A stretch of 64,000 nt of DNA from Candidatus Pacebacteria bacterium GW2011_GWA1_46_10 (GCA_001002135.1 LCLP01000001.1:230274-294273), one strand, 5' to 3'; counted from the first letter of the stretch, positions 46,436 through 56,392 are shown. Notes: generated by a model not told the origin, from the letters alone. Program-made: numbers and translations.

Positions 46436-49161
46436 GAACAAGACCACAAACATTTTACGATTTGGTAAGCCAAGACCAGCAATACAAAACTGCCGTCGGT
46501 TTGCCATCGCCAAAAACTATTGAGAATTATGATAAGATACAACACTTGCTGAAATTTGCGTTGCGCCCTTATCAAATAGAGGCATTAAATGCGTTTCAGC
46601 TTTTTTGGAAAGATGGTTTTGATAGCCGGAGCTTAAAACAAAAAACACTTCAACAAAGCAGCGACGACAACGGAAAAGTCGTTGAGTGGCACAAAGTCGG
46701 TTTTGAGATGGCGACCGGTTCCGGTAAAACGCTACTAATGGGCGCGACGATCTTGGATTTATACCAACGCGGTTTCAAGGATTTTCTTATTCTTACGCCG
46801 AACACCATTTTATTTGATAAAACAATTGAGAACTTTACGCCGCGCGCGGTAAAAAGCATTTTTGGCGATGGCTGGAATTTAACCTACAATTTGGTTACTG
46901 GAAATTCCTATCGAGATAAGACCTGTAACTACGAAGAAGGGCGCGATATCTCCTTCTATGTTTTCAATATGCAAAAGTTTTACGATAAAGCCGCCTCGTC
47001 AAATCAAAAAGACGGAGAGGACACGATGAAAGGCACGCCGTATGTTCGGCGACCGCTAGAGGAATCTTTGTGGCGAGATAAAAGTGGAAACAACACTATT
47101 TCATTCGTGGAATTTTTGCGGGAACGCCGACCGGTCATTGTTTCAGATGAGGCACATCACTATCAACGAAAGAAAACAACTGAGGCAATTTTTGAGCTTT
47201 TGCCGAGAATTGTTCTTGAATTTACCGCAACATCACTTGAAAAAGGCGGAAGTGAAAGTTTTGGTCAGGATAATTTATATAAATATCCAATGCAGAGATA
47301 CATTGGCGAAGGATATGGCAAAAGAATTTTTGCCGTCGGTTGCGGAACAAGCGACGAGAAAATATCCAATGAAGTAACTGATAGCGACAAGCAAAAATTG
47401 GTATGGGGAATGTTGATTCATCTTCTAAAAACTGAGTCGCTTGCTACCACCAATGCTCCAGTTAAGAAAGCGATGTTGCTCACGAAAGCACGAACAATTA
47501 AACATGCTGACGCTATTGATACCTATCTCAGAAATTGGCCCGATTCAGTTTCGGGCGAGCTTGATGATGTATTAGAACAAGTTAACCGTGAGGGAACAGA
47601 TATTGCGAAAATTGTCCGAAAGAATGTACTAAAGAGTAAGTCAGAATTGATTAACAAATTATCGCGTGTTGCCAAATCGGTTTTTACTATCCATAGCGAG
47701 AATAAAAGTGAGGAGGAGGTATGGACGGATTATCAGTCGCTCGACGATAACAAGGCGGAGATTGTCAATCAGGTTCGCATATTCACTGAGGGGGTTGATT
47801 ACGATAATTTTTATACAATCGTTGTTTTGGGCGATACAGTTGAAAAAGTTGGCCTAGCGGCGGCCCAACTTATTGGGCGCGGCCTTCGTCTTTATAAAGA
47901 GAAGCGTGAGTTTGATATTTTGGGTGACGAACTAAAAGAGCAAAGCGAGATTTTACACATCATTTGCGAGCGAGGCCACCGCTTTGACCAAATCGTCGAG
48001 GAAATCAGACAGAAACTTGCTTTGTCGCAGGCAAGTGTTGAAATACCGACCGAGGAGGAAGATCGCGAGAATAAAGTAAACAGAAAAATTATTGATGACT
48101 ACGAAATTCCGATTTTGCAGATCAAGTCGGTCGCAACTGGAAAAAGTTTTGAGGACACTCTTAAAGATAAGTCATTAAGTATAAAATCATTTATTGATGA
48201 GGTTTGTGGACTTTCAAAAGGTGATAAAGTGTTGAAGCCGGAAGTTTTGGCGATGGTGGATTATGCTGAAATTACAACCGACGAAATTACCTTACAAACA
48301 GATAAACCGGCAACTACTCGCAGGACGATAAACTTATCCAAAAATGAAACGGCGCGTTGGGCTTTGGATTTTATAGAGCAAACAGGCTCATTTATTGGAA
48401 ATAACTCATTTGATACGGCGAAAAAATTGATTGAGAATATTATCAACGCCGGAATACAAGTTGATACTGCCTATGCAGTAGATTATAAGCGCGCACTGAA
48501 AGCTCTAAAGAAAAGCATCATTGAGTTTTACGGAAGTGGAGCGTTTGAGCTTATGTTTGATGGGCAATTCATGTTCCGAAAGAAAAATGTCAAAGAAGTT
48601 TTTGTGGACGGAAAAGTAACTGTGCGAAAACGCAATGGATTGACGCTAAATTTGATTTCTGCCCATCAACCGATGTCCTCTCACTTACAACAAAAAGGAA
48701 TTATTATTGAGGGCTACAATTTTTCTGCTCGGCCATTCGTAAAGTTTGATTCGCCACCAGAAAAATGGGTTGCTGATGCGCTGGAGCATCTTTGTTCGTT
48801 AGACGAAAAGAAGAAAAGCTTTTGGGTTAGGAATGACCCGTTCGAGTATCCTGTTGAGGTTAAACCAGCTCCGTTTTATCCAGACTTTCTTGCGTTCATT
48901 GAAGACAAGTGGATTATTGTTGATGTGAAAGGGAAACATCTTGCGGAAACTAAACAAATTGATGACCGCAAGAAAGCCTTAAAACTTTTGGAAAAAGAAA
49001 GTGGAGTCCAAACTTTTTTTCTAGTCGATAAGGTCATGGAGTCAAGAGGGTTTAATGGAGTTGAAATCACAAACATAAGTGATTTGGAAGGTTTTGATGA
49101 ATTACGTCATCAGGAGTTGGAATTTGAAGAATTAAATAATGGCCAAAATCCCCTTCTTTGA
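46432..49161 (+). CDS. res: Type III restriction enzyme Res subunit (SF2 helicase plus C-terminal PD-(D/E)xK nuclease)
   Basis: Walker A MATGSGKT and DEAH VSDEAHH. C-terminal YPDFLAF...IIVDVKGK. 4-nt overlap with mod. Confidence 0.8.
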   Translation: MRTRPQTFYDLVSQDQQYKTAVGLPSPKTIENYDKIQHLLKFALRPYQIEALNAFQLFWKDGFDSRSLKQKTLQQSSDDNGKVVEWHKVGFEMATGSGKTLLMGATILDLYQRGFKDFLILTPNTILFDKTIENFTPRAVKSIFGDGWNLTYNLVTGNSYRDKTCNYEEGRDISFYVFNMQKFYDKAASSNQKDGEDTMKGTPYVRRPLEESLWRDKSGNNTISFVEFLRERRPVIVSDEAHHYQRKKTTEAIFELLPRIVLEFTATSLEKGGSESFGQDNLYKYPMQRYIGEGYGKRIFAVGCGTSDEKISNEVTDSDKQKLVWGMLIHLLKTESLATTNAPVKKAMLLTKARTIKHADAIDTYLRNWPDSVSGELDDVLEQVNREGTDIAKIVRKNVLKSKSELINKLSRVAKSVFTIHSENKSEEEVWTDYQSLDDNKAEIVNQVRIFTEGVDYDNFYTIVVLGDTVEKVGLAAAQLIGRGLRLYKEKREFDILGDELKEQSEILHIICERGHRFDQIVEEIRQKLALSQASVEIPTEEEDRENKVNRKIIDDYEIPILQIKSVATGKSFEDTLKDKSLSIKSFIDEVCGLSKGDKVLKPEVLAMVDYAEITTDEITLQTDKPATTRRTINLSKNETARWALDFIEQTGSFIGNNSFDTAKKLIENIINAGIQVDTAYAVDYKRALKALKKSIIEFYGSGAFELMFDGQFMFRKKNVKEVFVDGKVTVRKRNGLTLNLISAHQPMSSHLQQKGIIIEGYNFSARPFVKFDSPPEKWVADALEHLCSLDEKKKSFWVRNDPFEYPVEVKPAPFYPDFLAFIEDKWIIVDVKGKHLAETKQIDDRKKALKLLEKESGVQTFFLVDKVMESRGFNGVEITNISDLEGFDELRHQELEFEELNNGQNPLL

Positions 49162-49422
49162 CAACTGAGTCTTAAACTATTGTTTGTGTTGCCTTAACCC
49201 TTCTTTTCTATAGATCCTTATCTCAGTGACAAATTTTAATAAAATCTGGAAAATGTCAATCAAACCGAAAGAGCTTGCCTCCAAGCCATTGTGATGCCGG
49301 TCATGATTATGATTGTTGCTATGAAAGACTTAATGGATATCAATGGTATGACGATTGGGGATGTTATCCTGGTTAGGTTATTTCCTCCCCTTCTTGATCA
49401 AGTTTGATATAATTCCCTTTTT

Positions 49423-49818
49423 ATGAGTAAACAAGAGCAAAGACCAGGTGAGGGAGAGTCGCCGAAGATCGACATTAACCAATATAGTCCCACTAATCCT
49501 AATGAGGTGGTGTGGTTAGACAGTAGTGAGTTTCCTCCCTTGACGATAGCGCAAATTCCGGAAGAAGAGCATGTATTGTGGCGAGATCATATAAACAGCC
49601 ACCAGACCATGATAGTGGTAAACGTCCTCCACAGAGACTTCCCTGACAGCCCCTTTCAGGTGCAAGTGTTTTTTGGGAATGGTTTGAAGGTTTACTTTAT
49701 TATTCGTTTGGAAGTGGAGAACAAAGAAGTCATTCCTTTCGAATTAACCGAACGAATCACCGGCAACACGGTCATCCCGGCCTTGACAGACAAATACGCC
49801 GAGCTATTTGAATGGTAG
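49423..49818 (+). CDS. Hypothetical protein
   Basis: 131-aa ORF. Confidence 0.35.
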   Translation: MSKQEQRPGEGESPKIDINQYSPTNPNEVVWLDSSEFPPLTIAQIPEEEHVLWRDHINSHQTMIVVNVLHRDFPDSPFQVQVFFGNGLKVYFIIRLEVENKEVIPFELTERITGNTVIPALTDKYAELFEW

Positions 49819-49826
49819 CGCGGATC

Positions 49827-49857
49827 TTAACTAGTGCGCCACTTCTCCAGCTTCATC
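49827..49857 (+). repeat. 31-bp direct repeat, copy A (ttaactagtgcgccacttctccagcttcatc); duplicate of the 3' end of the 50241..50717 gene
   Basis: 30 of 31 positions identical to 50241..50271. Confidence 0.8.
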
Positions 49858-49923
49858 CTGATTGACTTCCAATTACATGCATGATGTCAGTTTAATGTTA
49901 GGGTAACTCTTCATGCTGACTGA

Positions 49924-50238
49924 GTGGCAGTTCAAAGACTAAGGCAACTAAGAAAATCACTTAACTTAGTATCAACCGGGAAGTTACCGGGTGGAATGAG
50001 GCAGGGTGTGATTACTTCTTTTTATTTGGGAGTTGTTGATAAAAAAGATCAAAAGTATCTGCAGAGATTAAAAAACACCTCCGAAGAAGTGTTTTCTGGA
50101 GATTCTGGAGGGGCGGGTTTTCCCTCATCTGACATGCTTTCGCAAGTGCCCGGAACATGGTCCCGACTTCCCAGGTCCTCAGAATCTGAACCTAGTTTAA
50201 TCAAGTCACTTAAAAAGTCAAGTGACGCAAAGAGATAG
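49924..50238 (+). CDS. Doubtful ORF between the direct repeats, with a low-complexity product
   Basis: 104-aa ORF but Ser/Lys-rich and non-globular. It could be non-coding. Confidence 0.2.
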   Translation: MAVQRLRQLRKSLNLVSTGKLPGGMRQGVITSFYLGVVDKKDQKYLQRLKNTSEEVFSGDSGGAGFPSSDMLSQVPGTWSRLPRSSESEPSLIKSLKKSSDAKR

Positions 50239-50240
50239 TT

Positions 50241-50271
50241 TTAACTGGTGCGCCACTTCTCCAGCTTCATC
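50241..50271 (+). repeat. 31-bp direct repeat, copy B
   Basis: Covers the stop codon and last 9 codons (MKLEKWRTS*) of the minus-strand membrane gene. Confidence 0.8.
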
Positions 50272-50717
50272 ATGGCCAAACCTTGAACAAAGTCCAAGGC
50301 CAGCGCCAAGACGGCGACCACCACCCAAGAGGTGACCCCCAAACCGAAGATATCCGCGAAGCGGGTGACCAGCCACAGCCCGACAAAGTTGACTACAAAG
50401 TAACCAGCCATCCAGTCCATACTGGACAAAGCCTGGCCGCGGCGATGCTCCCACTCGGTGAAGAACGGAATAGCCAAGGTATTAATCAAGGCCAGCTTAC
50501 CCATGGACAGCCACAACGCCCAAGTCGCGGTCAAAGACATCGTGCCCAACACCAGATATTGGGGGAACCACATTTGAGCCAGATACAAGACGATCACGTT
50601 GGTTATCAGTAACGTCACGTACGAGATGACCAACATCATCCCCGGATTGTGTTCAAATCGAGACATTTTCTTTGCCATAGCCCTCCTTTTATTACTACTC
50701 ATACAAATGTAATACAT
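50241..50717 (-). CDS. Small integral membrane protein
   Basis: Four hydrophobic helices. True start probably internal (MAKKMSRF). Confidence 0.5.
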   Translation of the reverse strand: MYYICMSSNKRRAMAKKMSRFEHNPGMMLVISYVTLLITNVIVLYLAQMWFPQYLVLGTMSLTATWALWLSMGKLALINTLAIPFFTEWEHRRGQALSSMDWMAGYFVVNFVGLWLVTRFADIFGLGVTSWVVVAVLALALDFVQGLAMMKLEKWRTS

Positions 50718-50763
50718 TTATAAGCGCCGATCAAGTCTAGGCCAAATGCTATAATAGACTGAC

Positions 50764-51102
50764 ATGGTAAACGTCAACGCCCACGAAACCCTAACCGACT
50801 CACCCAACTGGCAGGAACCCATCGCTAAAGCTGAAAACTGCTCGATCGATGATTGGTTGGAATTGATGAGAAATGTCAGTGAGGTAGCCATTGATCTAGT
50901 GGCAGAGAAGGCCGGTCCAGTGACCAATGAAGTAGTGTTCATTAGAAATCAAGCGATACTCAGTTTTGAAGACTCTGGTGGGATGAACCAAGACGCCAAA
51001 TTTATTGCGATCGCCCTGTCAGTCAGTGACAGAGCTAAACGCGTGTTGCGTCGCGCCATGGCGAAACGAGACATACTCTATAAAGAGCTTCCGCAAACTT
51101 GA
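50764..51102 (+). CDS. Hypothetical protein
   Basis: 112-aa ORF. Confidence 0.35.
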   Translation: MVNVNAHETLTDSPNWQEPIAKAENCSIDDWLELMRNVSEVAIDLVAEKAGPVTNEVVFIRNQAILSFEDSGGMNQDAKFIAIALSVSDRAKRVLRRAMAKRDILYKELPQT

Positions 51103-51135
51103 ATTTTGACAGCGTTCGTGTTTGAATACTCTCCA

Positions 51136-51285
51136 TAAACATCAAGAGTGGGAAGGAGGGACTCGGCCCGCTGATCTCCCCGGCAACCTGTGTGCCCCGT
51201 GCAGATAAGGTGCTCCATCCGACCTGAGAGGAAAGATGTCATAATACGTATCCGCCTCTCGATACACCAAATAAAGGAGAGGCAG
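51136..51285 (+). promoter_or_regulatory. SAM-I (S-box) riboswitch with an RBS-sequestering expression platform
   Basis: Aptamer core atcAAGAGtGGgaaGGAGGGActcGGCCCgcTGAtctCCCcGGCAACC ... GGTGCTccatCC ... gAGAGGAAAGATGtc. Downstream, CCTCTC at 51255..51260 is complementary both to the aptamer 3' GAGAGG and to the RBS GGAGAGG at 51276..51282. Confidence 0.85.
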
Positions 51286-52392
51286 ATGCTCACCCCACAT
51301 ATTTTTACTTCCGAATCAGTCTGTGCCGGCCACCCGGATAAGATTTGCGATCAAACTTCTGACGCTATTTTGGACGCCGCGCTGGCGCAAGACCCTCTGA
51401 GCCGCGTGGCCGTCGAGACGCTGGTCACCAAAAATCACATGGTCATTGCCGGTGAAATCACCACCAAAGCCGAGCTGGACATCGAAAAAATCGCCCGTGC
51501 TGAAATTAAACGGTTGGGCTACACCAAACCCGAGTGGGGCTTTTCCGATCAATCTAAAATCGAAGTATTAGTCCACAAACAATCGCCAGAAATCGCCCAA
51601 GGTGTCAATCAAGAAGGCGCTGGTGATCAAGGAATGATGTTCGGCTTTGCTTGCCGGGAGACCCCGGAACTAATGCCGCTGCCGATTATGTTGGCCCACG
51701 CCCTGGTCATGGGTATTGACCGACTGCGGGAGAGTAAAGTGATCCCGTACCTGCGGCCTGATGGTAAATCACAAGTGACCGTGAATTACGAAGACAACCG
51801 GCCGGTGTCAGTCGAGGCCGTAGTGCTGGCTGTGCCGCATGATGAAGAGGTGCAGTTGGAGGAGGTGAAAAAGGATTTGTATGAAAAATTGGTCCAGCCG
51901 GTGCTGATGGGCTATGGCTATGAAGTCTCGCCCGAGAAATTGATCGTCAATGGCACTGGTGTCTGGCACCTGGGCGGACCGGCCTCAGACACCGGGGTGA
52001 CTGGCCGCAAGATTATCGTCGACAGCTATGGGGGTTACGCTCGAGTGGGGGGTGGCTGTTTTAGCGGTAAAGACCCGACGAAAGTGGATCGGTCCGGAGC
52101 CTACGCCGCCCGGTACTTGTCCAAACGAATCGTGGCCGAGGGCCTGGCCGAGCACGCCGAAGTGGCACTGGCCTACGCCATTGGCCAAGCACAACCAGTG
52201 ATGAAAGACGTGGAAACTTTTGGCACCAGGACAAAGAGTCCCAAGGTGATTCGCGACTTTGTTGATGGTTTGCTGGATACATCGGTCAAGGGGATTATCG
52301 AAGGCCTGGAGCTGCGACGCCCGATTTTCAAAGAAACTGCTGTCTATGGTCACTTTGGCCGCGACCGTTTCCCGTGGGAAAAACTGGGCTGA
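51286..52392 (+). CDS. metK: S-adenosylmethionine synthetase
   Basis: MLTPHIFTSESVCAGHPDKICDQ... and GGGAFSGKDPTKVDRS-like blocks. ATG at 51286 follows the riboswitch and RBS. Confidence 0.9.
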   Translation: MLTPHIFTSESVCAGHPDKICDQTSDAILDAALAQDPLSRVAVETLVTKNHMVIAGEITTKAELDIEKIARAEIKRLGYTKPEWGFSDQSKIEVLVHKQSPEIAQGVNQEGAGDQGMMFGFACRETPELMPLPIMLAHALVMGIDRLRESKVIPYLRPDGKSQVTVNYEDNRPVSVEAVVLAVPHDEEVQLEEVKKDLYEKLVQPVLMGYGYEVSPEKLIVNGTGVWHLGGPASDTGVTGRKIIVDSYGGYARVGGGCFSGKDPTKVDRSGAYAARYLSKRIVAEGLAEHAEVALAYAIGQAQPVMKDVETFGTRTKSPKVIRDFVDGLLDTSVKGIIEGLELRRPIFKETAVYGHFGRDRFPWEKLG

Positions 52393-52482
52393 GAAGGAGT
52401 CATTTCCCACGACAGATATCTCTTTTGCTGACAACAACCCCTCATATTTGCCTTGCATTTGCAGTGCAAATTTAAGGAGTCA

Positions 52483-53112
52483 TTACTGGTGAGAAGTGAT
52501 CAGTGGCACGAACTCCACTAAGCCGTGATTTGTCAAGTGGAGAGCACCGTTCAGCTTAGTGCCGGCCATCAGCCGATTGCCCAGCGGCACCACCAGGCGA
52601 CCATTTTCTTTGAGTTGTTCAATCAGAGGTTGCGGCACTTGCGGGGTAGTGGCCGTAATGATTATGGCATCAAAAGGCGCTTTGCTCTGATAACCTTTCG
52701 CCCCATCGCCGACTATCACCACCACGTTCGTAATATTAAGTTGTTTAAAGCGTTCACGGGCCTGCTGAGCTAATACATCGAGCCGTTCAATGGAATAGAC
52801 TTGCTTGGCCAGGTGCGACAGAATCGCCGCTTGATAACCGGAGCCGGTGCCGATTTCCAGCACCGTTTCAGTGCCGGTCAGCTGCAGTAGTTCGGTCATT
52901 TGGGCGACCAGCGATGGTTGACTGATGGTTTGCCCGGCACCGATTGGCAAGGCGCGGTCCTGGTAAGCTGCCGACTGAAATTCGGCCGGTACAAAGATTT
53001 CTCGGGGGATTGTTTGGAAAGCCGTGACGACCCGACTATCAGTCACCATGGGGGCGATATATGTTTGAACAAACTGTTGGCGTAATTGTTCGGTGGAAGA
53101 AAACTCTGCCAT
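52483..53112 (-). CDS. pcm: Protein-L-isoaspartate O-methyltransferase
   Basis: SAM motif VLEIGTGSGYQAAILSHL. Length 209 aa. Confidence 0.85.
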   Translation of the reverse strand: MAEFSSTEQLRQQFVQTYIAPMVTDSRVVTAFQTIPREIFVPAEFQSAAYQDRALPIGAGQTISQPSLVAQMTELLQLTGTETVLEIGTGSGYQAAILSHLAKQVYSIERLDVLAQQARERFKQLNITNVVVIVGDGAKGYQSKAPFDAIIITATTPQVPQPLIEQLKENGRLVVPLGNRLMAGTKLNGALHLTNHGLVEFVPLITSHQ

Positions 53113-53166
53113 GGGTCAACCCCATTGTACCAGCACCAGCTTGCCAGTCGTTGTACACTAAGATGA

Positions 53167-54516
53167 ATGAAGAAACGGTCACCAGTGATACTGATTATTA
53201 TTGGGATTACTGGTGATTTGGCGAGAAGAAAACTACTGCCTGCCATTGAACAAATTGCTGCGGCTGGTGAGTTGCCCAAACACTTCCAGGTATTGGGTAT
53301 TACTCGCCGGCAAATTACGGCTGAGGCCGTGCTCAAAGAGGTAATTAACCTGAAACCAGGCAGTTACAGCTATCTCAAAAAACACCTGTCGTTGTATCGG
53401 ATGGACCTGACCAAGAGTAAAGCCTATGCCAAACTCAAACAAGATTTGTATAAATTAAGTAAACCCTTTGGCCAACCTAGCCAACAGTTGTTTTACTTAG
53501 CGATTCCCCCTCAAGTTTCACCCTCAGTGGTGGAGCAGTTGGGTAAGGCTGGTTTGGCTGCCCAGCCGGGCACGAAGCTGTTGATGGAAAAACCGTTTGG
53601 TACCGATCTGACTTCGGCCAGAGATTTGATTACAAGGATCCAACAGTATTTTAACGAGGATCAAATTTACCGGATTGATCACTATTTGGCCAAGGAAATG
53701 GCTCAAAACCTGCTGGTTTTCCGCAGCGGCAACTCGCTTTTTAAAAACACTTGGAACAACCAATTTATTGAAAAAATCGAGGTCATTAACAGTGAAAAGA
53801 TTGGAGTCGAGGGTCGAGCCGCTTTTTATGAACAAACCGGGGCGCTGCGCGACATGGTCCAAAGCCACTTACTGCAGTTGGCGGCCTTAGTGCTGATGAG
53901 ACTGCCGGCGGCCGATGACCTCAGCCAAATTCAATCACTGCGTTATGAGGCCTTAGCCGCGCTGCGACCACCGACTGCTGAAGAAGTTAAAAGCCGAGTG
54001 AGCCGCGCTCAGTACGAGGGGTATGGCGCAGCCGTTGGGAATCAAAAGAGTACGGTCGAGACTTTTGTTTCACTGACCTTGTACTCGGACGAGTACCGCT
54101 GGAACGGGGTGCCGATTGTTTTAACGGTTGGCAAGGCCTTGGATCAACAAGTGATCGAGATCAGAATGAGTTACAAAAAACAGACCGCCGAGGAAGCCAA
54201 CCAACTCACCTTGCGCTTGCAGCCGTATGAAGGGATTGAGTTTGATTTTTGGAGCAAACGGCCTGGCTACGACCGGCAGTTGGAGAATGTCCCACTCTCT
54301 TTTGCCTATCGCGATCACTTTGAAACATTACCGGAGGCCTATGAAAAAGTGCTGTTGGACGCGATTCACTCCGATCACAGTCTTTTTCCCTCCAGCGCCG
54401 AGGTTTTGGCATCTTGGAAAATCCTTGAGCCGATTCAGCGCGTGTGGGCCCGGGAGAAAAAACCACTCAAGGTGTATAAGCCAGGCAGTTCGATTGAGGA
54501 AGTGATGTCATTGTAG
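53167..54516 (+). CDS. zwf: Glucose-6-phosphate 1-dehydrogenase
   Basis: N-terminal NADP motif IIIGITGDLARRKLLPAI and active-site RIDHYLAKE. Confidence 0.9.
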   Translation: MKKRSPVILIIIGITGDLARRKLLPAIEQIAAAGELPKHFQVLGITRRQITAEAVLKEVINLKPGSYSYLKKHLSLYRMDLTKSKAYAKLKQDLYKLSKPFGQPSQQLFYLAIPPQVSPSVVEQLGKAGLAAQPGTKLLMEKPFGTDLTSARDLITRIQQYFNEDQIYRIDHYLAKEMAQNLLVFRSGNSLFKNTWNNQFIEKIEVINSEKIGVEGRAAFYEQTGALRDMVQSHLLQLAALVLMRLPAADDLSQIQSLRYEALAALRPPTAEEVKSRVSRAQYEGYGAAVGNQKSTVETFVSLTLYSDEYRWNGVPIVLTVGKALDQQVIEIRMSYKKQTAEEANQLTLRLQPYEGIEFDFWSKRPGYDRQLENVPLSFAYRDHFETLPEAYEKVLLDAIHSDHSLFPSSAEVLASWKILEPIQRVWAREKKPLKVYKPGSSIEEVMSL

Positions 54517-54664
54517 GGGTGATACCGACTCGTCCCGCATGGGTGACGATAAAATCATTCGAATCAGCAAAGATGTGTTCTTCCAGTGATGCCGGGTAGG
54601 CAAGCTGGAAAAAAGTAAGTACGGCTACAAAAAATTTTCCTCATCATCGTTTAGAATAAAGGAC

Positions 54665-56392
54665 ATGGCAATCTTGATTTTTTTCGCTTTTCTAGCTGGG
54701 ATCGTCACTATTCTTTCGCCCTGTATTTTGCCGGTCTTACCGATCGTGCTGGCTGGCTCAGTGGGAGAAGGCAAAAAAAGGCCGCTGGGGATTGTGGCCG
54801 GCTTTGTCTTGAGCTTCACTTTTTTTACCCTGTTTTTAACCATCCTCATTAGTCGGCTAGGGGTTTCCGCTGATGCCCTGAGAAATGTGGCCGTAGTGGT
54901 GATTTTGTTTTTTGGCGCTAGTTTACTGCTCCCTCAACTCCAAGTTTGGTTGGAAAAGCTATTCAGCCGCTTCAGTCAGTTAGCCCCTCGTGAACAAAAA
55001 GATGGTTTTGGTGGTGGCTTTTTGTTGGGCATTTCACTGGGATTATTGTGGACGCCGTGCGTGGGGCCGATCCTGGCCTCAGTTATTTCCTTGGCTCTCA
55101 TCGGTTCGGTGACCAGCACCGCCCTTTTGATTACCTTGGCGTATGCGCTGGGCACCGGTTTGCCGATGCTGGCTATTACGTATGGTGGTCGGCGGCTGTT
55201 GGATAAAACGCCCTGGATCACGAAGAATCTCAAACGCATTCAACAACTGTTTGGTGTGGTGATGATCCTGACGGCGCTGGCCATTTACTTGCAGTGGGAC
55301 CGTCGTTTCCAGACTTGGATCTTGACAGTTTTTCCTAATTATGGCGTTGGCCTGACCCAGCTAGAAAATATTGATGCTGTTAAAGCGCGGCTCCAGCGCT
55401 TGAACGGTGTCACCGACGAAGACATGGGTCGGCCACTGTTTGAGATGAAAGAAGAAAAAGTTTACCCAGTCGCTCCTGAGCTGGCGGGAGGGACGCAATG
55501 GATTAACTCCGTGCCACTGCGGTTTGATGACAACTTGCAAGGCAAAGTAGTGTTGGTCGATTTCTGGACCTATTCGTGCATTAACTGTATTCGCACTTTT
55601 CCACATCTGATCAGCTGGTATGAAAAATACCAAGATCAAGGCTTGGTGATCGTGGGGGTTCACTCGCCAGAGTTTGAGTTTGAAAAGAGTCAGGCCAACG
55701 TGATGGCGGCCATGGAAGATTATGGCATTACCTATCCGGTGGTGATGGATAATGATTTCCGCATTTGGCGTGCCTACCACAACCGCTATTGGCCGGCTCA
55801 TTACTTGGTGGATAAAGAAGGTCGCATCCGTTACACCCATTTTGGTGAAGGGAAATATGAAGAGACCGAAAATAAAATTCGTGAGCTCTTGGGTGAAGAG
55901 GCACTGCCGGCAAACGGGGTCGTGGCTGATACTACCCCGACTCGACCGCAAACCCCGGAAACCTACCTCGGATATACCCGGGCAGCAGCGTATACCCTGG
56001 AAAATCGCTTGAGCCGTAATCAGGTGGCTGAGTATGATTTTACTGCCAGTTTGCCGGCAGACGCAGTTGGCCTGAAAGGCAATTGGCTGGTGAGTGAGGA
56101 ATATATTTCGGCTCAAGCAACTGGCGCCAGCGTCAGTCTTAACTTTTTGGCTCAAACCGTCCACTTAGTGTTGGCTCCTGAAGGAAGTGAGGGCAAGATT
56201 GAGGTGTTACTGGATGGTCGGCCGCTCCCTCGACAATACTGGACGGACGACATCAATGAAAGTGGTTTTATCTTGGTTGATGAATCGCGCAAATATGACA
56301 TTCTCGATTTGGGCGGTGATTATGGTCGTCACACTCTGGAATTAAAATTCGACGCTGGCGTGGCGGCCTATGCCTTTACCTTTGGCTCGTAG
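54665..56392 (+). CDS. CcdA/DsbD-type membrane thiol-disulfide transporter fused to a TlpA/ResA-like thioredoxin domain and a C-terminal domain
   Basis: TM Cys pair (LSPCILPV, WTPCVGPIL), thioredoxin CxxC (FWTYSCINCIRTFP), and about 150 aa more at the C-terminus. Confidence 0.75.
   Translation: MAILIFFAFLAGIVTILSPCILPVLPIVLAGSVGEGKKRPLGIVAGFVLSFTFFTLFLTILISRLGVSADALRNVAVVVILFFGASLLLPQLQVWLEKLFSRFSQLAPREQKDGFGGGFLLGISLGLLWTPCVGPILASVISLALIGSVTSTALLITLAYALGTGLPMLAITYGGRRLLDKTPWITKNLKRIQQLFGVVMILTALAIYLQWDRRFQTWILTVFPNYGVGLTQLENIDAVKARLQRLNGVTDEDMGRPLFEMKEEKVYPVAPELAGGTQWINSVPLRFDDNLQGKVVLVDFWTYSCINCIRTFPHLISWYEKYQDQGLVIVGVHSPEFEFEKSQANVMAAMEDYGITYPVVMDNDFRIWRAYHNRYWPAHYLVDKEGRIRYTHFGEGKYEETENKIRELLGEEALPANGVVADTTPTRPQTPETYLGYTRAAAYTLENRLSRNQVAEYDFTASLPADAVGLKGNWLVSEEYISAQATGASVSLNFLAQTVHLVLAPEGSEGKIEVLLDGRPLPRQYWTDDINESGFILVDESRKYDILDLGGDYGRHTLELKFDAGVAAYAFTFGS

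Noticed and set aside
49855-49868. 14-mer tcctgattgacttc, shared between 49855..49868 and 59417..59430
   Set aside because: A single exact 14-mer match within 64 kb is within chance expectation (several expected). There is no flanking similarity or matching gene context.
50080-50115. tmRNA-like 5' motif (gattctgga ... ggaggggcggg) between the 31-bp direct repeats
   Set aside because: No tRNA-like 3' end (GGTTCGA..TCC..CCA), no tag-peptide reading frame with resume codon, and no conserved pseudoknot pattern. The resemblance is limited to 9 nt.
52428-52445. Palindrome atttgcagtgcaaat between convergent metK and pcm, considered as a bidirectional terminator
   Set aside because: The stem is only 5-6 AT-rich bp and no U-run follows on either strand. 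It is too weak to call.
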